64,000 nt of DNA, taken from NCBI GenBank assembly GCA_963829925.1, contig CAWHKQ010000004.1, positions 272,741 through 336,740 on the forward strand, read 5' to 3'. The notes under the pieces were generated by a model. The model searched no databases. It was not told where the DNA came from and saw nothing but the letters and a program-made list of their open reading frames with translations. Of this stretch, positions 1-9,879 are shown piece after piece (the first letter of the stretch is position 1; each line of letters starts with the position of its first letter). This stretch comes from an uncultured Acidobacteriota bacterium (lineage in GTDB: Bacteria; Acidobacteriota; Thermoanaerobaculia; UBA5066; Gp7-AA6). The position numbers were made by a program, and so were the translations under genes.

Positions 1-804
1 CCGTACATGTGCTGCGCGTGGGCGACACCGGGGCTCGCGCCCGCGTAGATCTTTCCGTGCGCGGCGGCGTCCGCGTGCCGGCCGATGTTCTCGAAGGAGT
101 GGACGAGGTAGTGGTGCGCGCCGAGGTGCCCGGGCGAGCGCGCGAGCGCGGCTTCGTAGAAGGCGATCGAGGCGGCGCCGCCGAACTGCCCGCGGCCCCA
201 CGATCCCGCCTCTTCGGCGTTGCCGCGCAGGATCCAGAGCTCGGCGTCCTCGGGGTAAGCCGCGAGCGCCGCGTCGAGCGCCGCTTTGTAGTCCGCGTGC
301 TTCTCTCTCTCGGCGGAGGGCGGGGCGGCCTGCGCCTCGATCTGCCGGTCGCGCAGCGCGATGAAGCGCTGCTCCTTCGGCGTCGCCTTCGGCGCGAGGG
401 CCTTCGCCTTTGCGATCGCGGCGGCCGTCGCTTCGGGACGCTCGAGCCCCTGCTCGGCCCGGGCCAGGCCCATCCAGCACATCGCGCAGCCGGGGTCGGT
501 CCGGAGCGCCTGGTGAAACGACCGCGTAGCTTCGATCCAGACGTAGTGCTGGAGGTTGGTCAGTCCCTGGTCGTAAAACGCCTGCGTTTCCGGCGAGGAG
601 GTCGTGACCTTCTGGCGGATCTCTCCGATGTCGGTTTTGAGCGTGGTCGGCCGCTCCAGGATCGCCGGGTCGACCGGATCGCCGGGCGCCGCGCAGCCGG
701 CATGCGAGAGGGAAGGGAGATCCGCGGCGGCGAGCGGCAGCGCGGCGAGAGTCGAGGGCGAGAATCGCGGTTTTCAGACTGGTCTGTGCGTCATCGGACG
801 GCAT
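1..804 (-). CDS. TPR-like secreted protein, N-terminal part only (gene runs off the window at position 1)
   Basis: My own minus-strand translation gives a signal-peptide-like KTAILAL/STLAALPLAAADLPSLSHAGC, then QAFYDQGLTNLQHYVWIEATRSFHQALRTDPGCAMCWMGLARAEQGLERPEATAAAIAKAKALAP...HHYLVHSFENIGRHADAAAHGKIY (helical TPR-like repeats). It is absent from the ORF track because there is no stop in the window. One frame change near 745-750. The ATG at 804 overlaps the DinB stop. Confidence 0.5.
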   Translation of the reverse strand, partial: MPSDDAQTSLKTAILALDSRRAAARRRGSPFPLACRLRGARRSGRPGDPGAADHAQNRHRRDPPEGHDLLAGNAGVLRPGTDQPPALRLDRSYAVVSPGAPDRPRLRDVLDGPGPGRAGARASRSDGRRDRKGEGPRAEGDAEGAALHRAARPADRGAGRPALRREREARGLQSGARRGARGLPRGRRALDPARQRRRGGIVGPRAVRRRRLDRLLRSRARALARAPRRAPLPRPLLREHRPARGRRRARKDLRGREPRCRPRAAHVR

Positions 805-1381
805 ATGGTTTCCCCTCTTTCGACACGTCGAAATCCCCCGATTTCCCCTTGGGAATCGAGAGAGACGTCCAGCGGTTTCCGGCGAAGTGCCGCGCGAGAA
901 ACACGATCTGGCCGACATGGTACGCGTAATGCGTCAACTGGCGGTTGACCGCCTGGAGAACGGTGTGGGCTTCGCCGCGAATCCTGACTGTCCGGGAAAC
1001 GTCGGCGGACGAAAGGGGAGTCAGCGCGTCGAACAGGAGCCGCCAGCCCGCCTCCCACCGCTCGAGGATCCGGGCCCGCGTGTCTTCGGGCGCGAGCTCG
1101 AACTCCGTGTCGCGGTTCCGGTCCGCCTTCTCGCCGTCGGTCGTCAGGAAGTCGGTCCACCGCGAGCGCATGTTTCCCGACACGTGCTTCATCACGACCG
1201 CGATGCTGTTGGACTCGGGATCGATCGTCCGGAAGAAATCCGGCTCCGCCACCTGCGCGAGCGCGCCGTCCGCGAGCCCCTTGTACTTGCGGAGCTGTCG
1301 CAACGAATCCTCGAGAAACTGGGTTCCGGTGTCGGTTTCGGGCATGCCCGTCATCCTAGCAAGGAGGTACCGATCTTGCAC
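791..1381 (-). CDS. DinB-superfamily protein (DUF1572-like)
   Basis: Intact 196-aa ORF. The stretch HVSGNMRSRWTDFLTTDGEKADRNRDTEFE...QLTHYAYHVGQIVFLARH is typical of the DinB/DUF1572 four-helix-bundle family. Confidence 0.8.
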   Translation of the reverse strand: MQDRYLLARMTGMPETDTGTQFLEDSLRQLRKYKGLADGALAQVAEPDFFRTIDPESNSIAVVMKHVSGNMRSRWTDFLTTDGEKADRNRDTEFELAPEDTRARILERWEAGWRLLFDALTPLSSADVSRTVRIRGEAHTVLQAVNRQLTHYAYHVGQIVFLARHFAGNRWTSLSIPKGKSGDFDVSKEGKPYAVR

Positions 1382-1392
1382 TCCGACAGGCC

Positions 1393-2426
1393 GTGACGGA
1401 ATCCGTGTTTCGAGAGCCCGGCTCGGTCTCCGCTCTGGAGCCTTTCCTGGCCGTCCGTCCGGAAGGCCTCCGCGCCGAAGCGTTCGGCGCCGTGCTGGAT
1501 CCGGCCGCGCCGGTTCCCCGCGCGATCCTGTCGCACGCCCACGCGGACCACGCGGTCGACGGGCACGGCGAGGTCTGGGCGACGCCCGAGACGCTGGCCC
1601 TCTACCGCCGCCGGAACCCGGCCTGGGCCGGCGCGGCGAAGGCGCTCGCGTACGGTGAGGAGCACGAAGAGAACGGCGTGCGGATCCGCATGGTCCCCGC
1701 CGGCCACGTCCTCGGCTCGGCGCAAGTCCTGTTCTCGGCGGGAGAACACACGCTTCTCTACACGGGCGACTTCAAACGCCGGGCCGCGCGCACGGCGACC
1801 CCGGCCGAAGCTCCGCACGCCTCCGTGCTGCTGACGGAGACGACCTTCGGCCTGCCGGTCTTTCGCTTTCCGCCGACGGCGGAGCTCGAGAGCCGCCTTC
1901 TGGCGGCTTGCCGCGAGGCGATCGGCGAGGGGAAACTCCGGTGCTGCTGGCCTACTCGCTCGGCAAGGCCCAGGAGGCCGCGGCGATTCTGACCGACGCG
2001 GGCATTCCGTCGGTGCTCCACGGCGCCGCGTGGAAACTGCTCCCGGAGTTCGCGGCCGCCGGTATCTCCCTGCCGCTGTCCCGCGCCTACGAGACCGGTC
2101 CGCCGGCGCCGGGCGAGGTGCTCATCACCCCTCCCTCGACCGCGCGCGCCGAGATGGTCCGCCGCATCAAGCGCCGCCGGATCCTGTATCTGTCGGGCTG
2201 GGCGGTCCGCGAGGCGGCGCGCGCCGAGCACGACGCCGACGTGCTCATCCCGATGTCGGACCACGCGGACTTCGAGGACCTGCTGGAGCACGTGCGCGAG
2301 GTCGCTCCCCGCCGCGTGGTCACGCTCCACGGTTTCGCGCAGGACTTCGCTCGCATCCTCCAGGCCCGGGGCGTTTCCGCGGAGCCGCTGGCGGAGCGGG
2401 AAGAGCGCCCCGCGGCCGACGCATGA
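1393..2426 (+). CDS. Ligase-associated DNA damage response exonuclease (MBL fold), one frame break
   Basis: ORFs 1393..1992 and 1908..2426 join into one protein. It has the HAHADH metallo-beta-lactamase motif, then ...TPVLLAYSLGKAQEAAAIL...MSDHADFEDLLEHV. The frame break is at the G4 run 1929-1932. The stop overlaps the ligase ATG (ATGA at 2423-2426). Confidence 0.8.
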
Positions 2427-4092
2427 CCGCCTACCGGCTTCTGGCCGAAACACTCGACGCCGTGGCGGAGTCCCGCGGCAAGCTCGCCAAGATCGAGCGC
2501 CTCGCCGCCGCCCTGTCCGCGGTGGACGCGGACGAGCTCCCGGCGGCCGCGCGGCTGCTCTCCGGCTCGGCCTTCGCCGAGAGCGACGCGGCGACGACCT
2601 CGGTCGGCTCCGCGACGGTGGTTCGGGCCGGCGCCGCGGTGACGGGCTGGGACGAAGAGACTCTCTACGCCTGCGCGGCCGCAATCGGAGACCTCGGAGA
2701 AGCCATCGGCCTGCTGCGCCCGCCTGTCGCGGCGAGCATCACGATCCCCGACGTGGAGGGCTTCTTCCAGACCCTCTCGCGGACCCGCAAGCCCGCCGAC
2801 AAGCGGGCTCTCCTCGAGTCGCTGCTTTCGCGCGCGGGCCCCGTCGAAACGAAGTACCTCCTGAAGACGCTGACCGGCAGCATGCGCGTCGGCGCGGACC
2901 TGGCGACGATCGAGGAGGCCATCGCCGCCGCGTTCGGAGAGCCGCGCGAGGCCGTCGCGCGCGCCCGGCGGGATTCCGGCGACATCGGCGAGACCGCGGC
3001 CGCGGCCCGCGCCCATCGCCTGAGCGACGTTTCGTTTCGGCTCTTTCACCCGATCGGATTCATGCTGGCCTCGCCGATCGAGACCGCCGAGGACATCGAG
3101 GCGGAGCTTCCCGCGTTTGCCGTGGAGGACAAGTTCGACGGCATCCGGGCGCACGCGCACAAGGACGCCGGCCGCGTGGCCTTGTTCTCGCGGACCCTCG
3201 ACGACGTCACGGCGCAGTTTCCCGACGTCGCCGCGTCGCTCGCGGCCGGGACCGGCAACTATCTCCTCGACGGCGAGATCGTCGCCTGGGGCGAGGACCG
3301 CCCGGCGTCTTTCTTCCAGTTGCAGAAACGGCTCGGCCGCAAGAAGCCCGAGGACGCCGTCCTGGCGGCGGTCCCCGCTGTCTTCATCGCGTACGACTGC
3401 CTGGCGCTGGACGGCGAGGGGTTGTTCGAAGAAGCCTGGAGCGAACGGCGCGCTCGGCTCGACGAGATCCACGCCGCCAACCCGGGACTGCGGTTGTCGG
3501 AGGTCTCACGGGCGGCGACGGCCGGCGAGCTCGAAGTGCTCTTCGCCCGGGCCCGGGAGCGCGGCAACGAGGGGCTCGTGCTCAAGCAGACGGACTCGCC
3601 CTACCAGGCCGGAAAGCGGGGCCGCGCGTGGAGAAAGTGGAAGCGCGCGCTGGCGACCCTGGACGTCGTCGTCACGGCGGTGGAGCAGGGACACGGAAGC
3701 GGGCGGGAATGCTCTCGGACTACACGTTCGCGCTGCGCGACGGCGACCGGTACGTCAACGTGGGCAAGGCCTATTCCGGGCTGACCGACGAGGAGATCCG
3801 CCGGATGGGTACGGTGTTCCGCGGCATCACGACCGCTCGCTACGGACCCGTGCGCGCGGTGGAGCCGCGCATCGTCGTCGAGATCGCGTTCGACTCGATC
3901 CAGGAGAGCGCCCGGCACAAGTCCGGCTTCGCCCTGCGCTTTCCAAGGATCGTCCGGCTGCGGCCGGACAAGGGGCCCGGCGACATCGCGACCCTGGACG
4001 AGGTGCGCGATCTGCATGCACAGCTGACCGGCGGCGCCCCGAGGAGCCCGGAAAGCGATCTCCCCGCGTCGCCCTCGAGAACGCCGCCGTGA
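2423..4092 (+). CDS. ATP-dependent DNA ligase, one frame break
   Basis: Adenylation motif I EDKFDGIRAH, motif LVLKQTDSPYQAGKRGRAWRKWK, and an OB-domain tail ...FDSIQESARHKSGFALRFPRIVRLRPDK. Stitched from ORF 2030..3784 (from the ATG at 2423) and ORF 3628..4092. The break is near the A2 run 3697-3698. Confidence 0.9.
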
Positions 4093-7000
4093 GCCGCGAC
4101 GCCCTCGCCGGTTTCCACCCTCCCGTGCGCGACTGGTTCCGCGGCGTCCTTCGCGGAGCCGACGCCGGCCCAGAAGAAGGGCTGGCCGCCGATCCTCGCC
4201 GGGCAGTCCACGCTGCTGCTGGCGCCGACGGGGTCGGGCAAGACGCTGGCGGCCTTCCTGGCGGCGATCGACCGGCTGATGTTCTCGCCCGAGCCGGCGA
4301 AGAAGCGGGCGCTGCCGCGTGCTGTACGTCTCGCCGCTCAAGGCGCTCGCGGTCGACGTCGAGCGGAACCTGCGCGCGCCGCTCGCCGGGATCGCGGCGG
4401 TCGCCGAGCGCGCGGGCGTCCCGCATCCGCGTGCCCGACGCGTCGCGATCCGATCGGGAGACACGCCCGCCGACGAGCGCGCCCGCATCGCGCGCGCATC
4501 CGCCGGACATCCTGATCACGACGCCCGAGTCGCTCTATCTCATGCTGACCTCGCAGGCCGCGCGAGATCCTCGGCTCGGTCGAGACCGTCATCGTCGACG
4601 AGATCCACGCCCTCGCCGCCTCCAAGCGCGGCGCGCACCTGTTCCTGTCGCTGGAGCGGCTCGAGGCGCTGCGCCCGAGCGGCCGCCGGCTGCAGCGCAT
4701 CGGGCTCTCGGCGACGCAGCGGCCGCTCGACGAGATCGCGCGCCTGCTCGGCGGCGGAGAGGTCCGCGGCAGGAAGGGCCCGTGGAAGCCGCGCGCCCGT
4801 CGAGATCGTGGATGCCGGCAGCCCGGAAGGCCTTCGAGCTGACGGTCGAGGTGCCGGTCGAGGACATGGCCGCCTCGGCGAGGAGGAGATCCCGTCCGGG
4901 CCCGCCGTCGGCTCCGCCGCGGAGCAGGTTCCATCTGGCCGTCGATCTACCCGCGGCTGGTCGAGCTCGTCCGGTCGCACCGCTCGACGATGATCTTCGT
5001 CAACAGCCGGCGGCTGGCCGAGCGCCTGGCGGCGGCCCTGAACGAGACGCGCCGGCGAGGAGATCGCGCTCGCGCACCACGGCTCGGTCGCGCGCGAAAA
5101 GCGGCAGTGAGATCGAGGATCGGCTCAAGCGCGGCACGCTGCCGGCGATCGTCGCCGACGTCGTCGCTCGAGCTCGGCATCGACATGGGCGCCGTGGATC
5201 TGGTCGATCCAGATCGAGGCGCCGCCCTCGGTCGCGTCGGGCATGCAGCGGATCGGCCGCGCCGGCCACCGGTCGGCGCGGTCTCGCGCGGCGTCATCTT
5301 TCCCAAGTACCGCGGCGACCTGCTGGCGTGCGGCGGCCGCGACGGCCGCGCATGCGAGAGGGCAAGGTCGAGGAGACGTGCGTATCCGCGCAATCCCGCT
5401 GGACGTCCTGGCGCAGCAGATCGTCGCCATCGTGCGCGGGCAGGCGAGGTCGCGCGTCGACGAGCTGTACGCGCTGGTCCGCCGCGCGGCGCCGTTCGCC
5501 GAGCTGCCGCGCGCGTCCTTCGAAGGCGTGCTCGACATGCTCTCCGGGCGCTATCCCTCCGACGAATTCGCGGAGCTGCGGCCGCGCATCACCTGGGACC
5601 GCGTCGGCGGCCGGATCCGCGCGCGCGAGGGGGCGCGGCCGCGTCGCGATCGTGAACGCCGGCACCATTCCCGACCGCGGGCTCTACGGCGTCTTCCTCG
5701 GCGCGGCGAGCGACCCGCGCCGGAGCCGTGCGCGTCGGCGAGCTCGACGAGGAGATGGTGTTCGAGTCGCGGCCGGGCGACGTCTTCGTCCTCGGCGCCT
5801 CGTCCTGGCGCATCGAGGAGATCACCCACGATCGCGTCCTGGTCTCGCCGGCGCCCGGGCAGCCCGGCAAGATGCCGTTCTGGCACGGCGACCGGCCCGG
5901 CCGGCCGCGCGAGTTCGGGCGAGGCCATCGGCGAGCTCTCCCGCGACCCTCGCGGCGGACAAGCCGAAGGAGGCCGCGAAGCGGCTCCAGGACGACGCAC
6001 GGCCTCGACCGGCGCGCCGCCGGCAACCTGGTCGCCTACCTGGAGGATCAGGCGGACGCGACCGGCGAGGTGCCGAGCGACCGGACCGTCGTCGTCGAGC
6101 GATACCGGCGACGAGATCGGCGACTGGCGCGTCTGCGTGCTCTCGCCCGTTCGGGCGCCCGCGTCCACGCGCCGTGGGCGATCGCGGTCCTGGCGCGGCT
6201 GAAGGAATCGACGGGCGGGGACGTCGAGGCGATCTGGTCGGACGACGGCATGGTCTTTCGCCTGCCCGAGTCCGACGAGCCGCCCGAAGGCCGGTCTTCC
6301 TGCCGGCCGCGGACGAGATCGAGGACCTGGTCGTGCGCCAGCCTCGGCCAGACCTCGCTCTTCGCGGCGCGTTTCCGCGAGAACGCGGCGCGGGCGCTCC
6401 TGCTGCCCCGGCGCCACCCGGGCCAGCGCAGTCCGCTCTGGGCGCAGCGCAAGCGCGCGGCCGATCTGCTGGCGGTCGCCTCGCGGTTCGGGTCCTTCCC
6501 GATCCTGCTGGAGACCTACCGCGAGTGCCTGCGCGACGTCTTCGACCTGCCGGGCATGGTCGAGATCCTGCGCCGCATCGCGTCGCCGCCGCATCCGCGT
6601 CGTGACCGTCGACTCGCGCACGCCGTCGCCGTTCGCGGCCTCGCTGCTGTTCTCCTACGTCGCCAACTTCATCTACGACGGCGACGCTCCCCTGGCCGAG
6701 CGGCGCGCGCAGGCGCTGTCGGTCGACCAGGCGCAGCTGAGGGAGCTGCTGGGCGAAGCGGAGCTGCGCGAGCTCTTCGACCAGGAGGCGATCGAGTCGC
6801 TCGAGCGCTCCCTGCAGCGGCTGGAGGGCGAACCGGGTCCGGCACGCCGACGGGCTGCACGACCTCCTGCTCTCGCTCGGCGACCTGACCGAGGAGGAGA
6901 TCCTCGCCCGGTCCGGAGTCGCCCGGCGAGGTCCAGGGATGGCTGTCGCAGTTGAAGAAGGAGCGGCGGGTCATCGCGGTGTCGATCGCCGGGGAGTCCC

Positions 7001-8585
7001 GCTTCGCCGCGGCCGAGGACGCGGCCCGGTTGCGCGACGGACTGGGCATCGTCCCGCCGCCGGGACTCCCCGCCGCGTTTCTGGCGCCCGTCGAGGATCC
7101 TCTGGGCGATCTGCTCTCGCGCTACGCGCGCACGCGCGGACCCTTCCGCCTGGAGGCGCCCGCCGAACGGTTCGGCCTCGCGCCGGGGATGACGCGGCTG
7201 GCTCTGGACCGGCTGACGGAGCGGGGCCGCCTCATCGAAGGGGACTTTCTTCCGGGCGGACGCACGCGCGAGTGGGCCGACGCCGGGGTGCTCAAGGCCA
7301 TCAAGCGGCGCTCGCTCGCGCGGTTGCGCCGCGAGGTCGAGCCGGTCGAGCCGGCCGCCTACGGCCGCTTCCTGGCGGAGTGGCAGGGCGTCTCCCGCCC
7401 GCGCGCAGGATTGGACGCGCTGCTGTCCGCCGTCGAGCAGCTCCAGGGTGCCCGATCCCGGCGTCGGTGCTCGAAGCGGAGGTCCTGCCGGCCCGCATCG
7501 GCCGCTACAGGCCGGAAGATCTCGACTTCCTCTGCGCGTCAGGCGAGGTGGTCTGGCGGGGCATCGAGCCGCTCGGACCCTCCGACGGACGCATCGCTCT
7601 CTACCTGCCGGATCGCATACCGCTGCTCGCTCCGCCGCCCGGCCACGCGGAAGGCGAGCTGACCGGGAACATCCGCCGGCTCCTGTCCGAGCGCGGCGCC
7701 CTCTTCTTCGCCGACCTCGCCGCGGAGACCGGCGCCTTCGCGGGCGACCTGGTCGCCGCGCTCTGGGACCTCGTCTGGGCGGGCGAAGTCACGAACGATA
7801 CGCTCGCGCCTCTGCGGTCCCTCCTCCGCGGCTCGTCGACGCGGGAGGGGCGCCGCCGCGTCCGCGGGCGCTCCTTTCGCTCGCGGCGACTCGGGCCCCC
7901 GGGAAGCGAGGGCCGCTGGTCGCTCGCGCCAAAAGCGCGAAAGCCCCCGACGGAGACGGAACGGAGGGCCGCGCTCGCCCGAACGCTCCTCGAGCGCTAC
8001 GGCGTGCTGACGCGCGAGGCCGTCGCGGCGGAAGGGATCGCGGGCGGTTTCTCGTCGGTCTATCCGGTGCTCAAGGCGATGGAAGAGGCCGGACAGATCC
8101 GCCGCGGCTATTTCGTGGCCGGACTCGGGGCCACGCAGTTCGCCCTGGCGGGGGCCGACGACCGGCTGCGGGCGCTGCGCGCCGAGCCGGAGGAAGGGCA
8201 GACGCTGATCCTTGCCGCGACCGATCCGGCCAACCCGTACGGCGCCGCGCTCCCGTGGCCGCCCTCCGAGGCGCGCCCACAGCGCGCGGCCGGGGCGCAG
8301 GTCGTCCTGAAGGATGGCGCTTTGATCGCCTGGGCGGGCCGGACGGAGACGAGTCTGGCCACCTTCCTTCCGCCCGACGAGCCGGCGCGCAGTCACGCCG
8401 CCCGGGAGCTGGTCCTGGCGCTGGCGAGCCTGGTGGACACGGGGCGCCGCCGGGCCGTCCTGGTCGGAAAGGTCGACGGACGACCGCCGGCCGAATCGCC
8501 GCTGGCGCCGCACCTCGCCGCCGCCGGATTTCTGCCGGGCTCCCGCGGATACCTCAAGCGTCCGACCCCCGCTCCGGTGGACTGA
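4089..8585 (+). CDS. lhr: Lhr-type large DEXH-box helicase (about 1,498 codons), at least a dozen frame breaks in the first 3.4 kb
   Basis: Fragments in three frames read: [37 protein letters not shown] (Walker A); [18 protein letters not shown]; [15 protein letters not shown]; [18 protein letters not shown] (DEIH); [11 protein letters not shown]; [13 protein letters not shown]; [15 protein letters not shown]; MQRIGRAGH. The long Lhr C-terminal region is then intact in ORF 6939..8585. The GTG at 4089 overlaps the ligase stop. Confidence 0.85.
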
Positions 8586-8589
8586 TCCC

Positions 8590-9486
8590 ATGCCCGAAGG
8601 CGACACGATTTTCCGCGCGGCTCGCACCCTCGAAAAGGTCCTGTCGGGACAGGTCGTGACCGGCGCGAGGTCGGCGGTGCCTGCCATCCCCGCGGCGCAA
8701 CTGTCCGGGTGCACGGTCGCCCGGGTCGAAGCCCGGGGCAAGAACCTGCTGATCCACTTCGACGACGGCCGCGTTCTCCACACCCACATGCGGATGACCG
8801 GGTCGTGGCACGTCTACCGGCCCGGGGAACGCTGGCAGAGGCCCGCGCGCCAGGCGCGCGTCGTGCTGGAGACCGAGCGCTTCGTGGCGGTCTGCTTCAG
8901 CGCGCCGGTCGTCGCGCTTCTCTCGGCCGCCGAGCTCGCGCGCCATCCCTCGCTGTCCCGGCTCGGCCCGGATCCGCTCTCGCCGTCCTTCGACCGGTTG
9001 GAGGCGCGTCGGCGGCTTCGCGAGCTCGGCGAGCGCCCGGTCGGGGAGGCGCTGCTGCGCCAGAGCGCGCTCGCCGGCGTCGGCAACGTGTACAAGTCCG
9101 AGGCTCTCTTCTTGTGCGCGACCGATCCCTTCCGGCTCGTCCGCGACTTTTCCGACCCGGAGCTCGACCGGCTCATCGCGAAGGCCCGCGAGCTCCTCTC
9201 GGCCAACGTCGGGGGCGGCCCGCGCACGACGCGCCCGAGCCTGACGCGCGAGCGCACCTGGGTGTACGGCAGGAGCGGTAAGCCCTGCCGGCGCTGCGGG
9301 ACGCCGATCCGGATGCGGCGGCAGGGCCCGGAGGCCCGATCGACCTACTGGTGCGCGACCTGTCAGCCGGCCGGGGCCAGGTCAGCGGAAGTGTCGAGGT
9401 CGATTTCAGAAGACGCTCGAACGCCGAGGCCTCCATCGGCCGGGCCAGGAAAAAGCCCTGCCCGAGCTCGCACCCCGAGATCTTGA
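8590..9486 (+). CDS. nei: Fpg/Nei-family DNA glycosylase (endonuclease VIII-like)
   Basis: N-terminal MPEGDTI catalytic motif, H2TH region LLRQSALAGVGNVYKSEALF, and C-terminal zinc finger CRRCGTPIRMRRQGPEARSTYWCATCQ. The last 100 nt or so of the ORF is a low-complexity extension over an antisense EAL remnant, so the true stop may be near 9375. Confidence 0.8.
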   Translation: MPEGDTIFRAARTLEKVLSGQVVTGARSAVPAIPAAQLSGCTVARVEARGKNLLIHFDDGRVLHTHMRMTGSWHVYRPGERWQRPARQARVVLETERFVAVCFSAPVVALLSAAELARHPSLSRLGPDPLSPSFDRLEARRRLRELGERPVGEALLRQSALAGVGNVYKSEALFLCATDPFRLVRDFSDPELDRLIAKARELLSANVGGGPRTTRPSLTRERTWVYGRSGKPCRRCGTPIRMRRQGPEARSTYWCATCQPAGARSAEVSRSISEDARTPRPPSAGPGKSPARARTPRS

Positions 9487-9526
9487 GCGCGTCCGCCTGC
9501 TCGACGAGCTCGATGCCCTCGGCGAG
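9400..9526 (-). pseudogene. C-terminal remnant of an EAL-domain (c-di-GMP phosphodiesterase) gene
   Basis: Minus-strand translation AEGIELVEQADALKISGCELGQGFFLARPMEASAFERLL matches the conserved end of EAL domains (AEGVE...GC...QG). An in-frame TGA lies immediately upstream (9527-9529) and there is no N-terminal domain. Confidence 0.55.
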
Positions 9527-9566
9527 TCAGCGGCCCGGTCGCGGGCTTCGGGGCGCCCGGAACCCT

Positions 9567-9815
9567 CTATTTTCGAGTTTTTCGGTAGATCCAGAGCAGG
9601 AGAACCGCGCCGATCAGCGCGCCGATGAAGCCGGCCGGCTCGCCCTCTTGATAAAGGCCGAGAACGCGTCCGAGAAAGCCGCCCACGACCGCGCCGACGA
9701 TACCCAGAAGGATCGTCACGATGATGCCACCCGGATCCTTTCCGGGCATGACGAACTTGGCGAGCGCGCCGACCACCAGACCGAAGATGACCCAACCGAG
9801 GATGCCCATGAGCAC
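9567..9815 (-). CDS. GlsB/YeaQ/YmgE-family (transglycosylase-associated) small membrane protein
   Basis: Intact 82 aa, [49 protein letters not shown]..., the characteristic three-TM glycine-rich family sequence. Confidence 0.85.
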   Translation of the reverse strand: MLMGILGWVIFGLVVGALAKFVMPGKDPGGIIVTILLGIVGAVVGGFLGRVLGLYQEGEPAGFIGALIGAVLLLWIYRKTRK

Positions 9816-9879
9816 CTCCTCGGCGGGGCTACCGCAAGAGACGTGCCGGCCCGCCGCGGAGACTGTTAATCTCTGCGAA

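Noticed and set aside
3117-6605. A 1,162-aa ORF, and similar very long ORFs: 13155..14777, 15158..18130, 9829..11928, 58056..60488, 58847..61519.
   Set aside because: They are Arg/Ala/Pro/Gly-rich with no recognisable motifs. They lie out of frame with, or antisense to, genes that have clear family signatures. These are typical shadow ORFs of roughly 70% GC DNA. ORF 3117..6605 is real only in short patches, where it coincides with lhr fragments.
4089-8585. The idea that the many frame changes in lhr (and in addB, thiC and ettA) are programmed ribosomal frameshifts.
   Set aside because: There are too many of them, and I saw no slippery heptamers or downstream structures at the breaks I examined. 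Each resolved break is a 1-nt change in a short homopolymer. Conserved housekeeping genes are affected, which fits consensus error (or decay) far better.
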